Below, piece by piece: positions 12,130 to 26,209 of a stretch of DNA of 64,000 nt. The number at the start of each line of letters is the position of its first letter. The first letter of the stretch is position 1. Below the pieces are notes generated by a model. That model was not told the origin of the DNA. It made no database searches and saw nothing but the letters and a program-made list of their open reading frames with translations. This stretch comes from Mobula birostris. Taxonomy: Eukaryota. The position numbers and the translations under genes were made by a program. The stretch covers positions 3,515,665 to 3,579,664 of the forward strand of contig NC_092384.1 in NCBI RefSeq assembly GCF_030028105.1, in the 5' to 3' direction.

Positions 12130-13115
12130 CACTCCGGAATGACTATCGACCTGTGGCTCTGACATCAATTGCTATGAAGTGCTTCGAGAGATTGGTTATG
12201 GCACACATCAGCCACAGCCTACCAGTCAACCTCGATGCTTTGCAATTCGCCTACCGGAGCAACAGTTCAACGGCTGGTGCCATCTCTCTGGCCTTACATT
12301 TCACTTTAGAACACCGGGAGAATAAAAACGCATAGGTAAAGTTCCTTTCCATTTCTACAGCTCTGCCTTTTCTACCATCATTCCAAATAAACTGATTCCT
12401 AAACTCCAGAACCTGGGCCTTAGCACTCAGATCTGCAACTAGATCTTCAACTTCCTCACAGACAGGACCCAAGCTGTATAACTAGGGGACAAGCTCTCCT
12501 CTACATTCACTCTGAGCACCGGTGACGCATAAGGCTGTGTTCTCAGCCCCCTACTGTACTCACTGTACACCCGTGATTGTGTAACCAAGTTTCCATTAAG
12601 CTCAATATATAAGTTTGCTGATGACACAACAATTGTAGGCCGTATCTCGGGTAATGAGGAGTTTGAGTACAGAGAGGAAATTAAGAACCTGGTGACATGG
12701 TGCGAAGACAATAACCTATCCTTCAAAGTCAGCAAGACGAAGGAATTGGTTGTTGACTATAGAAGGAGCAGCGGACCGCACAACTCAATTTACATCGGTG
12801 GTGCGCAAGTGGAACACGTCAAAAGCTTTAAGTTCCTCGGGGTCAGTATCACAAATGACATGACTTGGTCCAACAAAGTAGAGTTCACTGCCAAGAAGGC
12901 CCACTGGCGCCTTTCCTTCCTGAGAAAACTAAAGAAATTTGGCCTGTCCCAAAAAACCCTCACTAATTATTATCGATGCACCGGAGAAAGCATTCTCCTA
13001 GGGTGGACCACAATCTGGTATGCCAGTTGTCCTATCTAAGACCGAAAGAAGCTGCAGAAGATCGTGAACACGGCGCAGCACATTACACAAACCAATCTTC
13101 CGTCCGTGGACTCAC
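12130..13115 (+). mobile_element. Rex1/Babar-like LINE RT fragment nested in L1 relic
   Basis: [20 protein letters not shown]...LQFAYR...KFADDTT...WCEDNNLSFKVSKTKELVVDYRR...SFKFLGV. Confidence 0.9.
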
Positions 13116-14226
13116 TTTCCATTTAAGAGTTTGTTTATCCCGCCGGAATAGATTTATTATTTGCCTATTTTTTAAAATATTTATAATTTTTTTGTTTATT
13201 GAAATCTTAATTCTATTGAGATGGAACTCCATGGATCTGAGTGACCATTTATTATAGGCAATACTGGCATACAGTTCATTGGCTGCTTTGATTTTATTTT
13301 TATGGTAAGTGGGTTGAGGAGATAACGTTCACAATATAATAAGGTGCGTGGTTGATGGGCACCACTAGTTGCCATGGGGTTAGGTTTGCATAGTTTAGCT
13401 GCTCCTCCTTACGGTGGATCTGCACAAGCCCTATAGTTTTATGTTTTGAGTAAGGGAGGGGGAATTCAAGACTTCAGATGTCTATATGTGCAAATGTATG
13501 TCGTGCACCCGACATAGCAGTAATATTTCTTACTCCGTTTCCTGATGTAATTGACATGAAAATATACGTAACAAAAACGCACTCACAATATCTTGAATAT
13601 TAAAGTCACAGGTTGGAATGTTAGGGGACTAAAGAAGTTAACCAAATTAAAACAGATTATAAATAGGATCAAACCGCTTAAGTCCAAAAATACTTTTTTT
13701 CTTCAAGAAACCTATCTGAAAGTCTCGGATATTAAATAGGTGCGGAATAGATGGCCTGGAGAAGCAATATATGCAACATACAACAGCTATGCTAGATGTT
13801 TACTTACACTTATGCATAGAACGATACCATTTCAAACTATGAAAACAACCTAAGACTCAGCCGGAATGCATGTTATTATGCAAGGTAATATCCTCTGTTT
13901 CACATTAAACCTTGTCAATATAAATGGCCCAAATGAGTATAATCCTATTTTTTTTCAATATTTTTTCCTTACTGTGTACGTTTTCGAGGCTTTTATATCA
14001 TTGGAGGAGACGTTAATTGCACTTTAAACCCAGCAATGGAATGCTTTACAGGCTGTGATACCTACATGGCACAAATTCTAACATTATTAAAACAATACAT
14101 CGTGGATACAAATTTGGTTGTAGTATGCAGAGAACAAAACCGGGCAAAATAGAATACTCTTGTTATTCAAATACATGCAAATCTCGTTCTCCTATTGATT
14201 ATTTTCTTGTCTCAAGAGAGCTCTTA

Positions 14227-16185
14227 TCAAAGATTAAAAGTTGCTGGTATGATAGCATTGCATATGCAGCGACCATGCTGATCGCGTCCAAGATATCCTG
14301 AAGTGGGAGGGTGAGGAGCCAGATGTCGTGGTACATATAGGTACCAATGACATAGGTAGGAAAAGGGATGAGGTCCTGAAAGGAGAATATAGGGAGTTAG
14401 GAAGGGAGTTGAGAAAAAGGACCGCAAAGGTAGTAATCTCGGGATTACTGCCTGTGCCACGCGACAGTGAGAGTGCGTTGAGGTGGAGGATAAATGCGTG
14501 GCTGAGGGATTGGAGCAGGGAGCAGCGATTCACGCTTTTGGATCATTGGGACCTCTTTCGGCGCAGGCGTGACCTTTACAAAAAGGACGGGTTACACTTG
14601 AATCCTAGGGGGACCAATATCCTGGCAGGGAAATTAGCGAGGGCTACTGAGTTGACTTTAAACTAGAATGGTTGGGGGGTGGGAATCAAATTAAAGAGGC
14701 TAGGCGTGAGGAAGTTAGTTCACAACAGGGGGATGGGAACGAGTGCAGAGAGACAGAGGGGTGTAAAGTGAGGGTAGAAGCAAAAAGTACTAAGGAGAAA
14801 AGTAGAAGTGGCAGACCGACAAATCCAGGGTAAGCATTAAAAAGGGCCACATTTCAACATAATTGTATAAGGGCTAAGAGAGTTGTAAAAGAGCGCCTGA
14901 AGGCTTTGTGTGTCAATGCAAGCAGCATTCGTAATAAGGTGGATGAATTGAAAGTGCAGATTGTTATTAATGATTATGATATAGTTGCGATCACAGAGAC
15001 ATGGCTCCAGGGTGACCAAGGATGGGAGCTCAACGTTCAGGGATATTCAATATTCAGGAGGGATAGACATGAAGGAAGGGAAGGTGGGGTGGCGTTGCTG
15101 GTTAAAGAAGAGATTAACGCAATAGAAAGGAAGGACATAAGCCGGGAAGATGTGGAATCGATATGGGTAGAGCTGCGTAACACTAAGGGGCAGAAGACGC
15201 TGGTGAGAGTTGTGTACAGGCCACCTAACAGTAGTAGTGAGGTCGGAGATGGTATTAAACAGGAAATTAGAAATGTGTGCAATAAAGGAACAGTAGTTAT
15301 AATGGGTGACTTCAATCTACATGTAGATTGGGTGAACCAAATTGGTAAAGGTGCTGAGGAAGAAGATTTCTTGGAATGTATGCGGGATGGTTTTTTGAAC
15401 CAACATGTCGAGGAACCAACTAGAGAGCAGGCTATTCTGGACTGGGTTTTGAGCAATGAGGAAGGGTTAATTAGCAATCCTGTCGTGAGAGGCCCCTTGG
15501 GTAAGAGTGACCATAATATGGTGGAATTCTTCGTTAAGGTGGAGAGTGACGTAGTTAATTCAGAAACAAAGGTTCTGAACTTAAAGAGGGGTAACTTTGA
15601 AGGTATGAGACGTGAATTAGCTAAAATAGACTGGCAAATGACACTTAAAGGATTGACGGTGGATATGAAATGGCAAGCATTTAAAGGTTGCATGGATGAA
15701 CTATCACAATTGTTCACCGCAGTTTGGCAAAAGAATAAATCAAGGAAGGTAGTGCACCCGTGGCTGACAAGAGAAATTAGGGATAGTATCAATTCCAAAG
15801 AAGAAGCATACAAATTAGCCAGAGAATGCGGCTCACCTGAGGGCTGGGAGAAATTCAGAGTTCAGCAGAGGAGGACAAAGGGCTTAATTAGGAAGGGGAA
15901 AAAAGATTATGAGAGAAAACTGGTAGGGAACATAAAAACTGACTGTAAAAGCTTTTTATAGATATGTAAAAAGGAAAAGACTGGTAAAGACAAATGTAGG
16001 TCCCCTACAGACAGAAACAGGTGAATTGATTATAGGGAGCAAGGACATGGCAGACCAATTGCATAATTACTTTGTTTCTGTCTTCACTAAGGAGGACATA
16101 AATAATCTTCCAGAAATAGTAAGGGACAGAGTGTCCAGAGAGCTGGAGTAATTGAGTAAAATAAATGTTAGTAGGGAAGTTTATT
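14227..16185 (+). mobile_element. CR1-clade LINE segment: ORF1 esterase-like domain and ORF2 APE endonuclease
   Basis: VHIGTNDIG (SGNH-type) in 14328-14666; 351-aa open ORF 14906-15961 with NASSIRNK, ITETWL, YRPPN, GDFN, SDH endonuclease motifs. Confidence 0.93.
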
Positions 16186-16189
16186 TTTC

Positions 16190-17225
16190 AGCAGGCATTC
16201 CCGACTCCTCCTCGTGGTCTTCCGGAGCATCCACCAAGAAGGCCTCGCCCTCGGGCATTCTGGGAAATTTGGGGTTTCCCATTACTCTCACTACTTCCCC
16301 GGGCCATAACATGATTGGCTTGGACTGGGGAACCACACAGTCCCTCGTTTAAATTCGTTATCAGGCCCAATGCAGCCACGCATTTCCTCAAAGGCAGCTC
16401 GAAGCACCGAGTGAAAGGACAATGTTCTCAGAAAGCTCTCTTCAGCTTTCTCGTTACAGGCTCCCATGAGCTTCGTCACAATAGGAGGGTTGGTCTCCAC
16501 AAGAATTGAATCACCGCCTTTCTCAGCAGGGTCCTGACAGCCTAGCGGTAATGTATCCAGCCCCTCAGCCACTCACACATCGGCATCCGAAAGTTCTAGT
16601 TTTACTGACAAGTAACCATCATACGGATAACCAGTCGCACTAAGAGCCCGGATCTCAAGTGCACTGAATTGCGCCAATGGTTATAAAATGAATGGTACAA
16701 CGAAGTGACTTTCGATTCTGTGTCAAGTATGGCTCTAGTATAAATACCTTCTATCAGCAGCGATACGCTGGAGCTTGGTCCATAAAGCATTAAGAAATAG
16801 GGTTCTTTGCTTCCGAGTGTTCCTTAATACATTCCGAGAAATGTGCCACCGCAGCCCACTACACCTCGCTATCCCTCACTGCGTGTCTTTTAAGGATTGC
16901 CAACGACCCGCTCTGCTTAGGTATCCGTGGGCTCACTCTCCGCAGTGTTTCCTGTCATTCCTACTCTCGCCTGAAGTGTCCCTCTTCACCACAGTTGTAA
17001 TAGACAATAACGGCCGCTCCTTCTCCTCACTTCTCAGAAACGATAGAACCCTGTCTTTGAAATCTCCGACCCTAGCTTCCGCAAACTCGTTTTGTGATTC
17101 GGTCCGCTCTGCTCCCGGTTGCACAGAGAATGGACAATTTTGGCGTTACCAGACAGAATTGGAAATGGTGGATTGGCTCAGGTTATTTTCTGCCGAATGA
17201 ATGGGAGGCCTTCAGAAATTTAGGG
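16190..17225 (-). mobile_element. Gypsy LTR retrotransposon internal fragment (gag-protease region)
   Basis: VSLLIEGIYTRAILDTESKVTSLY is an aspartic-protease LDTG-like motif; a degenerate CCHC-like segment lies upstream; frameshifted. Confidence 0.7.
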
Positions 17226-17354
17226 AGTACAAAGTTTGCATGTACCTGTCAGAATAAAGAAAAAGCAAACAGGTTTACGGACCATTTTGTTATCGAGAAA
17301 GATATGAAGCCTGGCTTAAAATAAGAAATAATTAAATAACAAATATTGCACGGA

Positions 17355-18140
17355 GACATTGATAGGATCAGAAGTGTGCTGACAAGTGGCTGATGGAGTT
17401 AAACCCAGAGAAGTTTAAAGTAAATGTCAGCATACGTGGAAATGTGGAGGAGCAGAGGGATCTGGGAGTACATATCCACAGATCCGTGAAAGTTGCCCCA
17501 CAGGTAGAAAGGGTAGATTATAAATCTTATGGGGTGTTAGGCTTCATTAGCCAAGGGATAGAGCTTAGGTGTCGCCAGGTAATGATGGAGCTCTATAAAA
17601 CTCTGGTTAGCCCACACTTGGAGTACTGAGGTCAGTTCTGGTCACCTCACTATAGGAAGGATGTGAAAGCATTGGAAAGGGTACAGAGGAGATTTACCAG
17701 GATGCTTCTAGGTTCAGAGCGCATGGATTATGATCAGATATTAAGGGAACACTAGGGCTTTACTCCTTGGAGAGAAGGAGGATAAGAGGAGACATGATAG
17801 AGGTATAGAAGATATTAAGATGAATAGATAAAGTAGAAAGCCAGCGCCTCTTCCCCAGGGCACACTTGCTCAATACAAGAAGACATGGCTTTAAGGTAAG
17901 GGTGCAAAGTTCAAGGGGGATATTAGAGGATTTTTTTTTCACTCAGAGAGTGTTTGGTGCGTGGAATACACTGCTTGAGTCAGTAGTGGAGGCAGATACA
18001 CTAGTGAAATTTAAGAGACTACTAGACAGGTATATGGAGGAATTTAATGTGGGGAGGTTATATGGGAGGCAGGGTTTGAGGGTAGTCACAACATTGCGGG
18101 CCAAAAGGCCTGTACTGTGCTGTACTATTCTATTCCAGCT
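17355..18140 (+). mobile_element. CR1 LINE 3' portion
   Basis: MELNPEKF, QRDLGVHIHRS, LYKTLVSPHLEY, FFTQRV motifs. Confidence 0.88.
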
Positions 18141-18699
18141 AATATACAGACAGCAAAGAACAAATGTGGTACGTGACTTGTGTGTGAAATGAAAAAGACA
18201 CTAAAGAGCGAAATCATGAGGACATCAGCTTGTGCTATCCGAGATTGTGAAGGGGAATAGCAGCATTTCTACAAATATAATAAGAGCAGTGGACCAAATT
18301 GGTCGTCATAATAATCACCGTGGTCATTTTTACATGGAAGCGAGGGAGACAAGAAACATCTTAACAGGCGTTGGCGTCATTGCATTCGCTTGCCAAACGA
18401 TGGGCTCATGAATAGATAAACAGGGAGGTGATCTTGAAATGCTGAGCCAAATTGGGTGGATAAATCCACAGGGCCGACAAGGTGTCTACTTTTACCCAGA
18501 TAAAGGTGAGGTGTTTCAGGTCGATATTGTGGTTAACAAAGCTTAAGTGACGCTTGTTTTTATCAGTCGAATTATTTATGACACTGCAGATATTTTAATG
18601 AGACATGCAGAGATGGCAGAGGAACGGAATACGTATTTTGTATCAGTTCTCACAGGGGAAGGTTCTGCAGTATACTGGACATTCAAGAGTTTCAGGGAA

Positions 18700-20130
18700 G
18701 TGAAGTATGTGCAGTGAAAATTACGACTGAGAATCTGCTCAGGACGCTTAAGTGTCTGAGCGTGGATAAGTCTCCTGGACCTGTTGGAATGCACCCTTGG
18801 GTTCTGAAGGAACTAGCTGCAGAGATTGTAGAGTCATTAATAATGATCTTTCAAGAATAGATACATTCTGGCATAATACCGCATGACTGGAAAATTGCGA
18901 AAGCCACTCCGCTATTTAAGAACGGTGTGTGGCATCATAAAGGAAATTATAGATCAGTTAGTGGTTGGGAAGTTGTTGGAATTGATTGTTGGGGACGAGA
19001 TAACGGAGGCACATTACAAGATAGGTCATAGCCGGCATGATTTCCTGAAAGGAATTTCCTGCCTGACTAGCATACTGCAGTGTTTTATGGAAATTACAAG
19101 CAGCGTAGAGAAAATAGATGCAGTAGACGTAGTGTACTTGGATTTCCAGAAGGCCTTTGACAGGGTTCCGTACATGAGGCTGTTTGGTAAGATAGAGCCG
19201 ATGGAATTACAGAAGAGTTGGTAGCATGGGTGGAGGATTGGCTGATCGGTAGAAAACAGAGACTGGGAATAAAGGGATCCTGTTCTGGCTGTCTGCCGTT
19301 TACCAGTGGAGTTCCGCAAGGGTCGGTGCTGGGACTGCTGTTTTTTCTAATGCATGGCAATGATGTGCACTATGCGATTAATGAATTTGTGGTTAAATTT
19401 GCCGATGATACAAAGATAGGTGGAGGAGCCAGAAGTGTTCAGGAAAAAGGGAGCCTTCAGAGGGACTTTGGTAGTTTAGAGGAAAGGGCAAAGAAGTGGC
19501 AAATGAAATACAATGGTTGGGGAACTAATTCAAAATGCAGAAATGCAAAGGTACTGGGGAGCCCTTTTTGCAGGATACCCTAAATGTTAACCTTCAGGTT
19601 TAGTCACTGGTGAAGAAGACAAATGCAAAGTTGGCATTGCTTTCTAGAGGTATGGAATATAAGAGCAGGGTTGTGATATCGAGGCTCTACAAGGCACCCG
19701 TGAGACAACACCTGGAGCATTGTGTACAGTTTTGGACTCCTTATTTAAAAAAAAAAAGATATACTGACATTGGAGAGTGTTCAGTGAAATTTCACGAGAA
19801 TGATTCCAGGAACAAAGGGGTTAACGCTTTAGGAACGACTGGCAGCAATTGGGCTGCATTCTCTGCAGTTCAGGAGAATGAGTGGGGGGGTCTCATAGAA
19901 ACTTTCTGAATATCCAATTGCCTGCACAGATTAGATATGGCAAAATTATTTTCCATGGTCGGGGAGTCTAGGAAAACAGGGTACGACTTCAGGATTGAAG
20001 AACATCCATTTAGAACAGCGATGCAGAAAAATTACTTTAGTCAGAGGGTGGTTAATCTGTAGAATTCGCTGGCAGGATTGGCCGTGGAGGCCAAATTATT
20101 GAGCGCATTTCAGACAAAGATGGATAGATA
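18700..20130 (+). mobile_element. Degenerate CR1 LINE RT
   Basis: LDFQKAFDRVPY, SGVPQGSVLG, KFADDTKIGG; many stops. Confidence 0.88.
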
Positions 20131-20182
20131 AGTTCTTGATTCGCCAGATAGCAAGCATCGAATGTAAGAGAATCGTATCAAA

Positions 20183-20349
20183 NNNNNNNNNNNNNNNNNN
20201 NNNNNNNNNNNNNNNNNNNNNNNNNNNNNNNNNNNNNNNNNNNNNNNNNNNNNNNNNNNNNNNNNNNNNNNNNNNNNNNNNNNNNNNNNNNNNNNNNNNN
20301 NNNNNNNNNNNNNNNNNNNNNNNNNNNNNNNNNNNNNNNNNNNNNNNNN
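20183..20349. other. Assembly gap (167 N)
   Basis: Run of N. Confidence 1.
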
Positions 20350-20639
20350 GTGGATGCCCTTAATGCAGTGTCTGATATGGCGGTAGAAGAAAATACATTT
20401 GAAGATTTTAAGTATCGTCTTGATAGGCACATGATTACGAGGAAGATGGGGAGATATGGAAGGATTCGTTTTTGGGTTTTCTTAATTTAAGTTGTAGCCG
20501 TATCGGCTCGACATTGTGGCCGTATGACATCTTACTCTGTTGTACTTTCCTATGTACTATGTTCTAATGTGACCACGTGGTGAACTACCGCAGGAATGAC
20601 GTAGGCTTTAGCAGAGGTATTTATCGCAGTCTGAACCAC

Positions 20640-21890
20640 AGCTAATGAACAGGAGGATTGCAGCATCGCTATGATGTCTGTCTCAGAGGCTGATGTTAGG
20701 CTGTCTTTAAAGAGGGTGAACCCTCGCAAGGCGGAAGGTCTGGATGGATTACCTGGTAAGCCTCTAAAAACCTGTGCTAACCAAGTAGTGGGAGTATTCA
20801 AGGACATTTTCAATGTCTCACTGCTGCGGGCGGAAGTTCCCACTTGCTTTAAAAAGGCAACAATTGTACCAACGCCTGGAAGAATAACGTGGGTTATCTT
20901 AATGACTATCGTCCGGTAGCACTCACATCGAGAATAATAAAATGCTATGACAGGTTGGCCATGACTAAACTGTACTCCTGCCTCAGAAAGGACCTGCACC
21001 CATTACAATTTTCCTATCGCCACAACAGCTCAACGGCAGACGCAATTTCAATGGGTATCCACACCGCTTTCGACCACCTGGCCAGCACAAACACCTATGT
21101 CAGGATGATGTTCGTCGATTAAAGCTGAGCATTTAATACAAACATTCCCACAATCCTGATTGAGAAGTTGCAGAACCTGGGCCTCTGTACCCCTGCAATT
21201 GGATCCTCGGCTTCCTAACCGGAAGAACACAATCTGTGAGGATTGGTCATAACATATCTTCCTCGTAGGCGATCAACACTGACGCACCTCAGGGGTGTGA
21301 GCTTAGTCCACTGCTTTACTCTCGATATACACATGACTGTGTGGCTAGGAATAGTTCAAACGCCATCTATAAATTTGCTGACGATACGACTGTTGTTGGC
21401 AGAATCTCGGGTGGTGACGAGAGGGCGTACATGAGTGTGATATGCCAACTAGTGGAGTAGTGCCGCTACAGCAACGTGACACTCAACGTCAAACAGCTGA
21501 TTGTGGAAATCAGGAAGGGTAAGACGAAGGAACACATACCAATCCTCATAGAGGAATCAGAAGTGGAGAGATTGAACAGTTTCAAGTTCTTGGCTGCCAA
21601 GATATCTGAGGAGCTAACCTGGTCCCAACATATTGATGTAGTTATAAAGAAAGCAAGAGAGCGGCTATACTATATTAGGAGTTTGAAGAGATTTGGCAAA
21701 TCAATAAATACACTGAAAATCTCCCATAGTGTACTTTGGAGAACATTCTGATAGGCTGCATCTCTGTCTGGTATGGGGGTGGGGGGCGCTACTGCACAGG
21801 ACCAAAAGAATTTGCAGAGGGTTGTACATCTGTCAGCTCCATCTTGGGTATTAGCCTAAAAAATAACCAGGACATCCTCAGGGACCGGCC
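20640..21890 (+). mobile_element. Rex1/Babar-like LINE RT fragment
   Basis: [44 protein letters not shown]. Confidence 0.88.
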
Positions 21891-22443
21891 AAACTTAAGA
21901 AATCTCGTTTGGGTGGATGCTGCGTGACGTGTCCCATGTCACAAATCAGTACCCCAAAATAACAAGCAGTACACCAAATGCGATTAAATGATTAAGCTTT
22001 ATAACTCTTACTTTGACTATGTGATCAGTAGAGAAACAAAATATAAAAGAAAATGGGGCGAATCTTATTAAACAGTCTGTGCCGAACCGTTGGAGCTCAC
22101 TCAGTAGTCGTCCTTCCACCATTCGATCTCCTCCGAGTGTAACCGACCTTCGGACCACCGGTTGCAGTCCACTCTGTCTGGCGGCCTATCGAATCTCACC
22201 ATTCGCGTCTTCTCTCTTCATCCTTCTCTCTCCCTCTAGCAAACGCCCGCTAAACCAACAGCTTCCAGAATTACCAGACAGGCAACAGAATCCTGATTGG
22301 CTAACGTGCATAATTATCTCCAGCCATAACCCAAACATTCCTGCTACAGAGGAACCGTTACATCAGCAGTGAACATTACAGAGAAGCTATTACATTAGCA
22401 TTGGCAGTGAAACATGACAAAGAAGCCATTACGCACGTTTTAA
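21890..22443 (-). mobile_element. Putative LTR-derived fragment
   Basis: Non-coding, breaks off the Rex1 copy, contains TGTCACA and GTTACA terminus-like motifs; no TSD found. Confidence 0.35.
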
Positions 22444-23531
22444 AATATATGCATTATATGTGTACTGCAATTCATTTACCGAAATAAATATATATATATT
22501 ATTTACGTATTTATTGTTTACTTTCTAGATTATGTATTGCATTGAACTATTGCTGTAAGTTAACACATTTCACGTCACATGCCGGAGTTAATAAACCTCA
22601 TTCTGATTCTGATTTTACTGTTGTCCATTGTTCAGGAAAGGCTACGGTAACACTTGGCAAAACATATTTTGCTTCCTTAATACCTTAGTATGCACCTTAT
22701 GGACTTTACGCTACTGATTACGAAAATCACCATGATTTTTTTCTTTTTTTATCACGTGTTATTCTTTGGAAGTTGCCAATTCATTGTTCAAGACAACGAA
22801 AGTGTTACCTACTATGTAAGGAGGCACACTTGGTGAAATCTTGGGCGGAGGGGGGGCGATGGTGTGGTGTTGGTCTTTCTATAGACAGCCTGGGGACTGG
22901 GATTCAACTGTACTATGCAAGGGAAGAAGCGAGCTCAGCCGAGGGACAGAGCTGCAGGAAGGCACGGGGAGAGTCCTCACCAGGTAGAACAGAAGTACCC
23001 CAGGTAGTGATGGGACCTGAAGGGGTAGATCAGCGGGTACAGAGGTCTCAAAGAATCAGGCGACCACCGGATAGTCTGGGCCATGTAGCACCGAGGGAAC
23101 AAAATGTGGCACTTAACACCATGGGGAGCTATGTCACTGCCTTTTACACCTGGGTTGGACTTTGTGATTTGCATGAAGGGTTGGCAATTTATCTTAATGT
23201 CATGAGGACATTACTAAATTTGGTGGTGGGGGGGGGGGAAGTTTACCACCCTAGGAAACGTTTAGCTTCTAGTGTAATGGTCTTTAGCAGCACTGCCAAA
23301 GTATTTGTTTTTCTGTTGCAGCGGTGTTTGGGTTATGTTTAGAGATAACGGAGGCTTTGAAGTGTGAGACATTCAATTTTGGGAGGGCTGTTCTGCCTGT
23401 GTGCCTGACACCGAAATGATCTGTGTCTTTTTTCGGTGGAAGACGAAGAGAGGAGATACGAGAAAGGAGAGGTCGTAGACACCTGAAAGGAATGGAGATG
23501 AAGCGGTGCCGGCAATCAACGAAGCCCGGGG

Positions 23532-25108
23532 TGCCATGGTCCGGATCGGGGTCCCTTTAAAATTACCTTGTTTATGTTATGATCCGGCCATTAATTTCCT
23601 GTTTTCCTGTGTCCCTTGACTTTGGCTATTAGAGGCAATACACACTCGGCTGAACCGGTAGTTTATAGTCCCGGCTTTCAACCGTTCGGTGCGGGAGCGT
23701 CTGCAAATTCATAGAAGGTACGGTGTTCAGATATCATCTGGCCGGAGCAAACCTGGTCTCTGCCGAAGCGAGTGCCAGTAATTCGCCTCTCCTCACCGGA
23801 GCAAACCTGTCCAGATACCTCGCTAATGCGAGCCTGCAAAGTTTCCTCACCCTGATGGGTCCGTCAGTTAAACCGCCGGAGGGATTCAAGAACCGCTGTT
23901 TACTGTTCCCGGGCCAAGTCGAGGGCTCGCCACTACCCGGTGGCTCCAAATCAAGTCCTGTCTCCGGCGGCATTCAAGCACCAATCAAGTCCTGGACTGA
24001 CGGCATTCAAGCAGTAAGTCAAGTCCTGTCCATGGCGGCATTCAAGCACCAAGTCAAGTCCTGGACTGGCGGCATTCAAACCACCAAGTCAAGTCCTGTC
24101 CAGGCGGCACTCAAGCACCAAGTCAAGTCCTGTCCATGGCGGCATTCAAGCACCAAGTCAAGTCCTGGCACTGGCGGCATTCAAGCATCAAGTCAAGTCC
24201 TGTCCATGGCGGCATTGCAGCACCAAGTCAAGTCTTGGCCCTGACGGCATTCAAGCACAAAGTCCTTGCCCTGGCCGCATTCAAGCACCAAGTCAAGTCC
24301 TGGTCCTGGTGGCTTCCCAATTCTGTTTCAAGTCCTGTCCCTGGCGGTATGTGATTCCTGTCCTACCCCCTTGTCTGAATCCCTCCTCTGGCCCTCTCGC
24401 CTCTAGCCCTCGTCTGCAGCCCCGACCTGCACTTCGGTCTAATTCCATCATCTGAGGTAGATAGGTACTGTCTGGTGTTCATTCGTGTTGGCCTTTACTT
24501 GCCTTGTCCTCGCCTCTGTGGGGTAAGTCAGGCCGTCGTACCGTTGCTCCGCGGGGGGTCATGTCCTGTCTTGTCTGGTCCTCGCCTCCGTGGGGGCAAG
24601 TCTGGCCGTCTTGTCGTCCTGTTCCTATGTCCTGTACCCAAGGAGGGCTCCCGGCTCTCTGTTCTGTGTGTGAGTCCCGGCTCTCTGTCCTGTACCGAAG
24701 CGGGGGTCCCGACTTTGTTTTCTGTGTATGTGTCCATGCTTTCATGTACCTGCTCCCCGAGACCAAGGCTCTGTGTTGACATGTTCCTCCCCTCCCTAGC
24801 CCATATCATGGCCTTGCCTGGTCCGAGCACGAGGCAAGACCCAGGTACAGGGTCCCTGCCCACTCTCTGTTTCGGAGTCCATGCCCTAGCCACTTCATGT
24901 CTCCTCTAGTTCTGAGAACCGATTACGAGTCCAAGGCCAGACCCTTGGTCCCAGCCTAGTCGTAGTCTTCAGTCCTTGTCCAGTTCGTTATTTCCTGCTC
25001 CTGCCTTGCTCTCCTGGTATCGAATAATAAACTAAATCTAAGTAACCTCACAGGATGTGTTTTGCATTTGGGTCCACCCTTGCTCCCAAAGCCCCCGCCA
25101 ATGTGACA
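23532..25108 (+). mobile_element. Solo-LTR-like element with internal ~35-bp tandem array
   Basis: Starts TGCCATGG, ends TGTGACA, flanks CGGGG/CTGGG (5-bp TSD with one mismatch), AATAA plus gcatttgggtcc near the 3' end; about 10 degenerate copies of caagtcaagtcctgtccatggcggcattcaagcac at 23945-24310. Confidence 0.65.
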
Positions 25109-25532
25109 CTGGGAAATTGGTGGAGCACCAGCGGAAGGAATACTGTGAGCTCCAACTTGTACACAATAGATTATTTCATTAAAATTGGTCTTTTTTCTTT
25201 TTTTTTTTACTTTACTAACAGTTAAGGAAACTTTACAATTATAAAGCTAAATGGTTTAATTCCATTTGGTGAACTGTCAGTTATTTCGTGGTACTGATTT
25301 CTAACAGGCTGACACATCACGCAACATCCGAACAAACAGGTGGATTTGCACCTCAATCTCACACGTTTGGTGGGACTAGAGATTGTCTTCCACAGAATTA
25401 CGCACTTGGCAGAACCTGAGGGTTACAATTAAAGGTCGGAATTCACGAATTTGTCCATAATTATGCAGACAGCAAGAAGATAGGTGGAGAAGCAGGTCGT
25501 TTTGAGGAAGTAGGTATGCTACAGAAGATTAA

Positions 25533-25920
25533 TGTCATACGGGGGCGCTGTCAACGGACCCAAAAGCAAGACACGGACATTGAACTACTATCAACAGTAC
25601 TAGGTTAGTCAAGGAAGCAAGAGAAGTGGAGAAGAAAGGACGCTGGACATGACACAGGCCCTGGGCGAGACAAAGATCTAGGGCCTGGGCTGACTAGGAT
25701 AGTGGAACCAGGACATGGAACTAGGAACTAGGAGCCTGGGCTTGAAGTCCGTGCCAGAGGTTGGATAAGGACCCAAAACATAGGTCTTGACTCGGGCTTG
25801 GAACTCGGATCTAAGAGAAGACATGACAAGGCTTGCGTTCTTCGGGGCTGGGGTACTTCGAGGCTTGGGTATGGACTCCGAGACAGAGACTGAGGTCAGT
25901 CCCAGAACATATCGGATTGA
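25533..25920 (-). mobile_element. Partial copy of the same LTR-like family, inverted
   Basis: Reverse complement ends gtgtcttgcttttgggtccgttgacagcgcccccgtatgaca and shares ctagttcc/gagtcc motifs with 23532 and 38685. Confidence 0.55.
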
Positions 25921-26209
25921 ACGTAAGAAAACAATTTCCTCTGCATTCACAAGAGTTGCAATGCAATTTCATTAAGTACCTCAACGAAAAACTCTTCCTG
26001 TTGAAGGAAAGATTCATGTCCAGTCTTGTTTGTACATTTGTTATTCTTGATATGGCCTCTCTGAATCAGCAAAAAAAAAAAAAATCAATTTCGAGTAAAC
26101 CAATAGTTGAGCGGTGCATCGGCAATTTGTCGCCACCGCACTTCTTCATCTTCCTGATTTCCGGCCAGTCAATTCTCTTCCAAAACCGAACAGTCTGATA
26201 TAAACACAA

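Larger units (their letters stand above)
10680..14225 (+). mobile_element. Ancient L1-clade LINE relic (ORF1 and endonuclease), interrupted by younger insertions
   Basis: ORF1-like KIIDLENQTWRQNLGIIGLPK...KPRPIIVRFYD (11402-11620); EN-like TGWNVRGLKK...LQETYL...GGDVNCTLNP (13609-14030). Confidence 0.75.

Noticed and set aside
15037-15813. 258-aa antisense ORF
   Set aside because: Shadow ORF of the CR1 endonuclease on the opposite strand.
20110-20432. ORFs spanning the N run
   Set aside because: Artefacts of the assembly gap.
22773-23342. 189-aa ORF as a host gene
   Set aside because: No recognisable motif; flanked by and probably derived from an unclassified decayed repeat.
23945-24310. 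~35-bp repeats as a CRISPR-like array
   Set aside because: Contiguous degenerate tandem units without unique spacers, in a eukaryotic LTR-like element.
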